Shown here piece by piece: positions 40,300 to 47,577 of a stretch of 64,000 bases of DNA. The first letter of the stretch is position 1, and each line of letters starts with the position of its first letter. Source of the stretch: Escherichia coli (GTDB lineage Bacteria > Pseudomonadota > Gammaproteobacteria > Enterobacterales > Enterobacteriaceae); assembly GCF_024502345.1 (NCBI RefSeq), contig NZ_JALDNN010000001.1; one strand, 5' to 3'. The position numbers and the translations under genes are program-made. The notes under the pieces were generated by a model. The model made no database searches, was not told the origin of the DNA, and was given only the letters and a program-made list of their open reading frames with translations.

Positions 40300-41268
40300 T
40301 TGAAGGATCAGATCACGTATCTTCCCGACAACGCAGACCGTTCCGTGGCAAAGCAAAAGTTCAAAATCACCAACTGGCCCACCTACAATAAAGCCCTCAT
40401 CAACCGTGGCTCCATAACTTTCTGGCTGGATGATGAAGCTATTCAGGCCTGGTATGAGTCAGCAACACCTTCTTCACGAGGCAGACCTCAGCGCTATTCT
40501 GACCTTGCCATCACGACTGTGCTGGTCATTAAACGCGTATTCAGGCTGACCCTGCGCGCTGCGCAGGGCTTTATTGATTCCATTTTTTCTCTGATGAACG
40601 TTCCGCTACGCTGCCCGGATTACAGCTGTGTCAGCAGGCGGGCAAAGTCGGTTAATGTCAGTTTCAAAACGCCCACCCGGGGTGAAATCGCACACCTGGT
40701 AATTGATTCCACCGGGCTGAAGGTCTTCGGTGAAGGCGAGTGGAAAGTCAAAAAGCATGGCCAGGAACGCCGCCGTATCTGGCGTAAGCTGCATCTCGCC
40801 GTTGACAGTAAAACACATGAAATCATCTGCGCTGACCTGTCGCTGAACAACGTTACGGACTCAGAGGCCTTCCCCGGGTTAATCCGGCAAACCCACCGGA
40901 AAATCAGGTCAGCCGCCGCCGATGGCGCTTACGATACCCGGCTATGTCACGATGAACTGCGGCGTAAGAAAATCAGCGCGCTTATCCCTCCCCGAAAAGG
41001 TGCGGGTTACTGGCCCGGTGAATATGCAGACCGTAACCGTGCAGTGGCTAATCAGCGAATGACCGGGAGTAATGCGCGGTGGAAATGGACAACAGATTAC
41101 AACCGTCGCTCGATAGCGGAAACGGCGATGTACCGGGTAAAACAGCTGTTCGGGGGTTCACTGACACTGCGTGACTACGATGGTCAGGTTGCAGAGGCTA
41201 TGGCCCTGGTACGAGCGCTGAACAAAATGACGAAAGCAGGTATGCCTGAAAGCGTGCGTATTGCCTGA
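40300..41268 (+). CDS. IS903-family DDE transposase
   Basis: ORF track 322 aa (MKDQITYLPDNADRSVAKQKFKITNWPTYNK...); the track start is a TTG codon, true initiation codon uncertain. Confidence 0.88.
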   Translation: MKDQITYLPDNADRSVAKQKFKITNWPTYNKALINRGSITFWLDDEAIQAWYESATPSSRGRPQRYSDLAITTVLVIKRVFRLTLRAAQGFIDSIFSLMNVPLRCPDYSCVSRRAKSVNVSFKTPTRGEIAHLVIDSTGLKVFGEGEWKVKKHGQERRRIWRKLHLAVDSKTHEIICADLSLNNVTDSEAFPGLIRQTHRKIRSAAADGAYDTRLCHDELRRKKISALIPPRKGAGYWPGEYADRNRAVANQRMTGSNARWKWTTDYNRRSIAETAMYRVKQLFGGSLTLRDYDGQVAEAMALVRALNKMTKAGMPESVRIA

Positions 41269-41306
41269 AAACACAACCCGCTACGGGGGAGACTTACCCG
41301 AAATCT

Positions 41307-41324
41307 GATTTATTCAACAAAGCC
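41307..41324. repeat. IS903 right terminal inverted repeat
   Basis: GATTTATTCAACAAAGCC, exact reverse complement of the left IR. Confidence 0.9.
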
Positions 41325-41333
41325 GCTCTGAAG
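41325..41333. repeat. 9-bp target-site duplication GCTCTGAAG (right copy)
   Basis: Identical to 40259-40267. Confidence 0.9.
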
Positions 41334-41965
41334 ACCCGGCAAGAACTGATTGAAACTGCCATCGCCCAGTTTGCGCAACATGGCGTAAGCAAGACGACGC
41401 TCAACGACATTGCCGATGCCGCTAACGTTACGCGTGGCGCTATCTACTGGCACTTCGAAAACAAGACTCAACTGTTTAATGAGATGTGGTTGCAACAGCC
41501 TTCATTGCGGGAGTTAATCCAGGAACACTTGACGGCTGGATTAGAGCATGACCCGTTTCAACAATTGCGTGAAAAATTGATTGTCGGCTTGCAATATATT
41601 GCCAAAATTCCCCGCCAGCAGGCGTTGCTGAAAATCTTATATCACAAATGTGAATTTAATGATGAGATGCTGGCCGAGGGAGTGATACGCGAAAAGATGG
41701 GCTTTAATCCGCAGACTCTCCGCGAAGTATTGCAGGCGTGTCAGCAACAAGGTTGTGTAGCAAATAACCTCGATTTAGATGTTGTGATGATTATTATTGA
41801 TGGTGCCTTCAGCGGAATTGTTCAAAACTGGTTAATGAATATGGCGGGTTATGATCTTTATAAACAAACCCCCGCTCTGGTCGATAACGTATTAAGAATG
41901 TTCATGCCAGATGAAAACATAACGAAATTAATTCATCAAACGAATGAATTAAGTGTCATGTAAAT

Positions 41966-42145
41966 TCACATTCTGTCCTGAAAATTCAGTTCGTCACAGT
42001 TAACCAGTTTTAGTGGATTAACTGAGTTCATATTACGGCATTTGTCTGTTTCTGTTGTCAGCAGTTCAATCCACTGCATCAGTAAAGTATCAAACAGAAA
42101 AACGAAGACAGCGAAAACGACGAGCCACCAATACTTGCGAATCAT
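41966..42145 (-). CDS. yhdU: Small membrane protein YhdU (59 aa)
   Basis: Start at internal ATG (MIRKYWWLVVFAVFVFLF...). Confidence 0.75.
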   Translation of the reverse strand: MIRKYWWLVVFAVFVFLFDTLLMQWIELLTTETDKCRNMNSVNPLKLVNCDELNFQDRM

Positions 42146-42228
42146 TACCTGAGCCTGTGCATGTTTAACCAAGTCTGGCAGGAAATATACACGAAATGAA
42201 TAATCTGAAAACCAGGCTTACACTTCCT

Positions 42229-43113
42229 TTACTTTGCAATGAGATCGGGGTCAACTTCGCTTAACCGGCTTCGTTTTGACAGGTTGCCGGTCTTTCTTTT
42301 TTTCACTTTCGCCAGTTCTTCCGCAGAGTAATGCGACGCGACATCCAGCCGTCGAAGCCCCATTTTGATGTACTCGCTGTTGATCTCAATACCAATGAAT
42401 TTTCGCCCGCTGGAGACGGCTACGGCACCGGTAGTAAAGCTACCGGCAAACGGGTCGAGAACGATATCGCCTGGGTTGGAAGAGGCGAGAATAATGCGTT
42501 TCAGTAAGGCTTCCGGTTTTTGCGTCGGGTGGTTTTCATATTCATCCATCAAATAACGCACGCGCGGAAAATCCCAGACGTTACCCGGTACTTTTTGATG
42601 ATTGTAAGGCTGTGGAGGATTTTTGCGATAATCGATCAACGCGCGCTGCGATCCGGTTTTGGCTTCTACCAGAATAGCATCACCGTTGAACGTGTAGTTC
42701 TTTGCGTCTTTCACCATCATCAGGATGGGTTCATACATGGAACCGTAGTGTTTTTTCGCCTGCACTCCAGAACTGTCATATGACCAGACGATGCGACTTT
42801 TGATGGTAAAAAGCTTGCGGCACTGGAGATCGATAAAGGGCATGTTTTCCGTACTGTTCATGATGTACATGCTGCCCTGCTTTTTCAGAACGCGGTGGCA
42901 CTCTGCAATCACTTCAAACAGCCAGTCGATAAACAGATCTTCTTTCCAGGCTTCGATCAGACCATCAAAATTTTTACCGATGTTATACGGTGGGTCGGCA
43001 AAGATCAGATCGACGCTTTCAGTAGGTAGCTTTTTAAGTTCGGCAAGGGCATCACCGTGAATAATGGTCTTAGCTTCATTACCAAACCGGGTCGGTTCAC
43101 ATCCTGTTCTCAT
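42229..43113 (-). CDS. yhdJ: DNA adenine (N6) methyltransferase YhdJ
   Basis: ORF track; DPPY catalytic motif (IFADPPYNIGK); start set at ATG 43111-43113. Confidence 0.92.
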   Translation of the reverse strand: MRTGCEPTRFGNEAKTIIHGDALAELKKLPTESVDLIFADPPYNIGKNFDGLIEAWKEDLFIDWLFEVIAECHRVLKKQGSMYIMNSTENMPFIDLQCRKLFTIKSRIVWSYDSSGVQAKKHYGSMYEPILMMVKDAKNYTFNGDAILVEAKTGSQRALIDYRKNPPQPYNHQKVPGNVWDFPRVRYLMDEYENHPTQKPEALLKRIILASSNPGDIVLDPFAGSFTTGAVAVSSGRKFIGIEINSEYIKMGLRRLDVASHYSAEELAKVKKRKTGNLSKRSRLSEVDPDLIAK

Positions 43114-43132
43114 GGTCACTCCCTTTGTGACA

Positions 43133-43177
43133 CCTATAAAAAAGGCGCTTCCCCATGCCGAGTAGCGCCTTTTTAAT
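43133..43177 (-). terminator. Intrinsic terminator that in K-12-like genomes lies directly after fis; here on the far side of the insertion
   Basis: 8-bp stem AAGGCGCT / AGCGCCTT with 14-nt loop, T-tracts on both sides. Confidence 0.7.
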
Positions 43178-43197
43178 CAAGCATTTAGCTAACCTGA

Positions 43198-43214
43198 ATT
43201 AGTTCATGCCGTAT
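43198..43214. repeat. 17-bp direct repeat TTAGTTCATGCCGTATT, distal att-like copy
   Basis: 17/17 identical to 45069-45085, which is the fis stop codon plus last codons. Confidence 0.85.
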
Positions 43215-43382
43215 TGTAAAATACAGAGTCATTATACGTAATTTATTATCACTCTAGATAATTTGTATTCATCATAAATAATTGATGCGGAAAGAGATAT
43301 TTATTTTTTATTGGCTCGCATTGTATCATCAGTTATCAGTTACTCCCTGCATACAGTTGTCAAAAAGGTTGTCATTAACTCT

Positions 43383-43551
43383 ATGGCCGAAAATAAACTC
43401 TCAGATGTTCAATTGCGTGCGTTAACCCGCAAAGTCATCGAAAAACCTTTTGATGTTGCTGACGGTGGCCAAGTTGGGTGAAAACCTGCTATGCAGCTAC
43501 CGCATAAGGGTAGTGGATTCCGCTGAAATCTTGCCGTTCATCCGATCATAA
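43383..43551 (+). pseudogene. Tyrosine-integrase N-terminal (arm-type DNA-binding domain) fragment, frameshifted and truncated
   Basis: Hand translation: MAENKLSDVQLRALTRKVIEKPFDVADGGQVG-stop, then +1 frame LGENLLCSYRIRVVDSAEILPFIRS; resembles the EKPY..DG(N/G)GLYL...WxxRY pattern of P4-type integrase N-termini. Confidence 0.45.
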
Positions 43552-43575
43552 CATCACAACAGTTGTTGCCCATTA

Positions 43576-43606
43576 CCCTGGCGAATGCCGGGGCTTTTTT
43601 TATTTT
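43576..43606 (+). terminator. Candidate intrinsic terminator downstream of the integrase fragment
   Basis: Imperfect stem CCCTGG..CCGGGG followed by CTTTTTTTATTTT. Confidence 0.3.
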
Positions 43607-43619
43607 CAAAGTGACGCCT

Positions 43620-43923
43620 AGGTGTCATTAATTTATAAGGTGTCATGGTAGGTGTCATTGTTCTCAAGCCATAACCCGCAAGGGTTGCGACATTACTAAT
43701 GACACCTATGACACCTATGACAGCATTTTTAAAGAAAATAACGACCACTGTAATAATGTAACAGTGGTCGTTATACTTTATAGAAATGGGTGTCATGGTG
43801 TCACAGGTGTCATTCATTACAGTATCTTGTTTGTATTTTTCTTTAATAATCAGCGTGTTTCCCGCTATGACACCTAATGACACCTTTCCAACATAACGCC
43901 GTCATGGTGACATTAGGTGTCAT
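43620..43923. repeat. Array of 13 copies of the 9-bp motif AGGTGTCAT in both orientations
   Basis: Forward copies at 43620, 43638, 43650, 43789, 43797 (GGTGTCAC), 43805, 43906 (GGTGACAT), 43915; reverse ATGACACCT at 43699, 43708, 43717 (degenerate), 43867, 43877. Confidence 0.85.
43738..43774. repeat. Perfect palindrome with 14-bp arms and 9-nt AT-rich loop, at the centre of the motif array
   Basis: ATAACGACCACTGT-AATAATGTA-ACAGTGGTCGTTAT. Confidence 0.85.
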
Positions 43924-44274
43924 CGCCATCTGCTGCCAAAAAAGTCAAGGTACTTCCGAGGGGGGTACAGCCTGCGGGGGCATTGGTCCCGCGTAATTCG
44001 CGTTGTGCGTGCCCCTACAAAACTCACTTTATGATTACGTCAAGTAAATCAATCATTTATGTGAATCCTATCAAAGCACTGGCACCATACGTGCGCGATT
44101 GCAAAATAAAGCGAACACGTTTTACACACGCTGAATTGTAAAGATGTGTAAATATCGATTACGCCGGATTATGCCGGGTTATTTGCAAGTATTCAGGGTT
44201 ATAAGTTACTGATTTTACATTAAAAAGCTCACATTGTGGCTATTGTGTTCGGTCTGGTTACTGTATATCTTTAA

Positions 44275-44991
44275 GTCATTCCAGGCGATTTAGCTGGCCT
44301 GGCGCTGGCAGGTTATCAGATTTACCGCCATTGGGCTGGTGTGAAGGCTTTCTTTGGCGGAGTGGGTGAAGGCATCAAATCCGGGCTGGAACCGCTTAGC
44401 GACGCTCTGAGCCGCCTTTATGAACGCATGGGGCCGCTGAAACCTGTCATTGATGGTGTGGGTGCTGCGGTTAAGACGGTTTTCAACTGGTTCACGTCAT
44501 TGACCGAGCCGGTCAAGTACAGTGGCGAGGAACTGGATAAGGCCGGTAAAATGGGGATGACGTTCGGTAAGACCCTGGCGGCTGGCATCGAGCTTGTGAC
44601 CGCACCGATCACGTTCCTGATTGATAAGATTCTGTGGGTGTCTGACAACATCGGCAACCTGACCAACAAGGCACTGGAGTTTAAAAACGCCGTGTCTGAT
44701 GTTGCTGGTGGTGCGTGGCAGAAAACCAAAGATTTCTTTACCGCACCATTCCGCGACGATGTACAGCAGCCAGCAGCAACCACTGCCTCTGGTGCTGCCC
44801 TGCCGTCACCTGCACTGGCCAACCGCTCTGGTGGCACTACGGTGCATAGCAACGACCAGTACCACATCAGCGTGAAGGCAGAACCTGGTATGAATGAAGA
44901 TGCATTAGCCCGGAAGGTGATACAGCAACTACGACAGCAACAAGCAGTAAGGCAGCGAAGCATGATGATAGATGGCGCGCAAACACCATAA
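44275..44991 (+). pseudogene. 5'-truncated ORF, possibly a phage tail tape-measure-like protein C-terminal region
   Basis: Frame is open from 44275 (stop at 44272-44274) with no good start or RBS; Gly/Ala-rich and hydrophobic segments (GVGAAVKTVFNWF, ITFLIDKILWV); product guessed from composition only. Confidence 0.35.
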
Positions 44992-45068
44992 GGGTTGTCA
45001 GTACGGTTGCAACAAAAAGTAAAGGGACTGAAATAGCCCCTTTAATTTCATGCCGTTACAGCTTGACT

Positions 45069-45085
45069 TTAGTTCATGCCGTATT
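45069..45085. repeat. 17-bp direct repeat TTAGTTCATGCCGTATT, fis-proximal att-like copy overlapping the fis stop codon
   Basis: Reverse complement encodes ..K-Y-G-M-N-stop of Fis. Confidence 0.85.
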
Positions 45086-45365
45086 TTTTCAATTTTTTAC
45101 GCAGCGTACCACGGTTGATGCCCATCATCAGCGCAGCACGGGTCTGGTTACCACGGGTGTATTGCATCACCATGTCCAACAGGGGCTGTTCTACTTCAGC
45201 CAGTACCAGCTCATAGAGGTCATTCACATCCTGACCATTCAGTTGAGCAAAATAGTTCTTCAGTGCCTGTTTAACCGAGTCACGCAGGGGTTTTTGGGTT
45301 ACCTGATCCTGAGAGTTAACGGTAGAAACGGTCAGTACGTCAGAATTTACGCGTTGTTCGAACAT
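45069..45365 (-). CDS. fis: DNA-binding nucleoid protein Fis
   Basis: ORF track 98 aa [51 protein letters not shown]... Confidence 0.97.
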
Positions 45366-45390
45366 AGTTCTGTCAGCTCTTTATTTCTGT

Positions 45391-46356
45391 TTACGCAAAA
45401 TTTTCGAAGTATGCCTCCAACGCCTCCAGCTGTTCGCTGGCATCCTCAATGGCGTTGAATGTGCGCCGAAACTGGTCATTGGGAGCGTGTTCCTGGAGAT
45501 ACCAGGAAACGTGTTTACGTGCAATTCGGTACCCTTTTGCCGGACCATAAAAGTCATGCAGTTCCCGAACGTGCGCGCAAAGCAAGCGCTTAACCTCTGC
45601 CAAAGGCAGCGGGGGCAGCAACTCCCCAGTGTCCAGATAATGCTGGATTTCCCGAAAGATCCAGGGTCTTCCCTGAGCTGCGCGGCCTATCATCAGGGCA
45701 TCCGCCCCTGTATAGTCGAGCACAGCTCTGGCTTTAAGCGGGTCAGTAATGTCGCCATTCGCGATAACCGGAATGGAAACTTTCTGCTTAACTGCCTGAA
45801 TACTGTCGTACTCAGCTTCTCCATTGAACAAACAGGCGCGTGTACGGCCATGAATGGTCAGAGCCTGAATGCCACAGTCTTCAGCCAGTTGGGCAATCTC
45901 TTCGCAGTTACGGTGTTCCGGCGCCCAGCCAGTGCGAATCTTCAGGGTAACAGGAACGTCCACTGCATTGACGACCTCGGTAAGGATCGATTTAACGACT
46001 TCCGGGTACTGCAAGAGGGCTGAACCTGCGAGCTTGCGATTCACTTTTTTAGCCGGGCAACCCATATTGATATCAATAATCTGGGCACCGCTTTCCACGT
46101 TAATACGTGCTGCATCTGCCATTTCTTTCGGATCGCTACCGGCAATTTGCACGGTGCGAATACCGGGTTCATCAATGTGCACCATCCGTAAACGAGATTT
46201 ATCGCTTTCCCAAACTTGTGGGTTAGAAGACATCATCTCGGATACTGTCAATCCGGCTCCCATCTCGTAGCACAACGTCCGAAAAGGTCTGTCTGTAATG
46301 CCAGCCATGGGCGCTGCGATCAGGCGATTTCTGAGCTGATATTGTCCGATGCGCAT
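45391..46356 (-). CDS. dusB: tRNA-dihydrouridine synthase B
   Basis: ORF track 321 aa; upstream gene of the dusB-fis operon. Confidence 0.95.
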   Translation of the reverse strand: MRIGQYQLRNRLIAAPMAGITDRPFRTLCYEMGAGLTVSEMMSSNPQVWESDKSRLRMVHIDEPGIRTVQIAGSDPKEMADAARINVESGAQIIDINMGCPAKKVNRKLAGSALLQYPEVVKSILTEVVNAVDVPVTLKIRTGWAPEHRNCEEIAQLAEDCGIQALTIHGRTRACLFNGEAEYDSIQAVKQKVSIPVIANGDITDPLKARAVLDYTGADALMIGRAAQGRPWIFREIQHYLDTGELLPPLPLAEVKRLLCAHVRELHDFYGPAKGYRIARKHVSWYLQEHAPNDQFRRTFNAIEDASEQLEALEAYFENFA

Positions 46357-46395
46357 GTGTTAAGAAATGACCATACTGTGACTGCAAGGCGGCGT

Positions 46396-46423
46396 ATATT
46401 ACGCATTTTTCGCACGAGATGAA
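46396..46423 (-). promoter_or_regulatory. dusB-fis operon promoter candidate (-35 TTCATC, 16-bp spacer, -10 TAATAT, GC-rich discriminator)
   Basis: Read on the minus strand about 40 bp upstream of the dusB start. Confidence 0.5.
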
Positions 46424-46684
46424 AGGCCAAACTTTGACCAATCCTCTGAGATGGATCAAAGAATTGCATTTAAAATGAGCGTAGCGCGATAATTACTCAT
46501 AAAAATCATCATATTAGAAAATAGTGACTAAAATTCACACTCAAAGAAATTTGAGTAAGTTCTCAATTTTTCTTTATGAATGAAAATTTTGGCACGCAAA
46601 TTTGCGTAAATAATCAGCAAGTTTGCGTGCCTTTTGTGACGTCGCTCGCATTTTGTTGGCTGATGCGAACTTACCTGAAGATGA

Positions 46685-47566
46685 TTAATTCTTACGACCA
46701 GTAATGCGGCACCACTCTTCTTTTTCCACGACCGGGTCCAGAGCGAAGCTGTCGGCATAGGCTTCGCAAACGCTCTCCGCCTGGCTTGCCAGAATACCAG
46801 AAAGGCCCAGTAAGCCGCCTGAAACTGGCAGGACGCTAATTAACGGTGCCAGTTCACGTAACGGGCCTGCGAGGATGTTAGCGACCACCACGTCGGCTTT
46901 CATCGCTTCTGGCTGATCTTTCGGTAAGTAGAGTTCCAGACGCTCAGAAACACCATTACGTTCGGCGTTGTCGCGGCTGGCCTGAATCGCCTGCGGATCG
47001 ATATCAATACCAATGGCTTTTGCTGCACCAAGCTTCAGCGCTGCGATAGCCAGAATGCCGGAACCGCAGCCAAAGTCGATCACCGTTTTACCGGTTAAAT
47101 CGAGGCTGTCGAGCCATTGCAGGCACAAAGATGTGGTTGGATGGGTACCCGTACCAAACGCCAGCCCTGGGTCTAACATCACGTTGACGGCGTTTTCGTC
47201 CGGCACATCACGCCAGCTTGGGCAGATCCACAGTCGTTCACCAAAGCGCATCGGGTGGAAATTATCCATCCATTCGCGCTCCCAGTCTTTATCTTCCAGT
47301 TGTTCGATTTTATGCGCGAAGCCCGCACCGAGCAGCGGATGGTTTTCCAGAATCGCCACCACGTCGTTCATGTCGGTTTCAGCGTCGAACAGACCAATCA
47401 CATCGGTGTCGCCCCACAGGCGCGTTTCGCCCGGCAGCGGCTCAAATACTGGCGTATCGTGGGTATCCTGAAAAGTGATAGAAACGGCACCCGCTTCCAT
47501 CAGCGCATCGCTAAGATCTTCCGCGTTCGCGCCGGTGGTGTTCAGTTTCAGTTGGATCCAAGGCAT
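46685..47566 (-). CDS. prmA: Ribosomal protein L11 methyltransferase
   Basis: ORF track 293 aa. Confidence 0.95.
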   Translation of the reverse strand: MPWIQLKLNTTGANAEDLSDALMEAGAVSITFQDTHDTPVFEPLPGETRLWGDTDVIGLFDAETDMNDVVAILENHPLLGAGFAHKIEQLEDKDWEREWMDNFHPMRFGERLWICPSWRDVPDENAVNVMLDPGLAFGTGTHPTTSLCLQWLDSLDLTGKTVIDFGCGSGILAIAALKLGAAKAIGIDIDPQAIQASRDNAERNGVSERLELYLPKDQPEAMKADVVVANILAGPLRELAPLISVLPVSGGLLGLSGILASQAESVCEAYADSFALDPVVEKEEWCRITGRKN

Positions 47567-47577
47567 GGCAAAACTCT

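Larger units (their letters stand above)
40268..41324 (+). mobile_element. IS903-family insertion sequence (IS5 family), 1057 bp
   Basis: Terminal 18-bp inverted repeats GGCTTTGTTGAATAAATC, single transposase ORF, 9-bp TSD, length 1057 bp. Confidence 0.88.
40235..41963 (+). pseudogene. acrS: acrS (envR) TetR-family repressor, disrupted by IS903-family insertion after codon 11
   Basis: MAKRTKAEALK at 40235-40267, then IS, then reading frame resumes at 41325 (..TRQELIETAIAQFAQHGVSKTTLNDIA.. to stop 41963); the ORF-track 159-aa fragment is the C-terminal part. Confidence 0.9.
43198..45085. mobile_element. 1.87-kb integrative-element remnant inserted at the 3' end of fis (decayed prophage, satellite or PICI-like island)
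   Basis: Bounded by 17-bp direct repeats; contains integrase fragment, motif array and truncated ORF; absent from K-12 between fis and yhdJ as far as I recall. Confidence 0.65.

Noticed and set aside
43554-43883. 109-aa minus-strand ORF spanning the motif array
   Set aside because: Translation is dominated by repeat-derived MTPTMTP peptides; an artefact of the array.
43620-43923. Possibility that the repeat array is a CRISPR array
   Set aside because: Repeats are only 9 bp, occur in both orientations and have irregular spacing; no CRISPR-like repeat-spacer periodicity.
43917-44141. 74-aa plus-strand ORF with GTG start overlapping the last motif copy
   Set aside because: No RBS, low-complexity composition, sits in AT-rich non-coding DNA; probably not a gene, though a small protein cannot be excluded.
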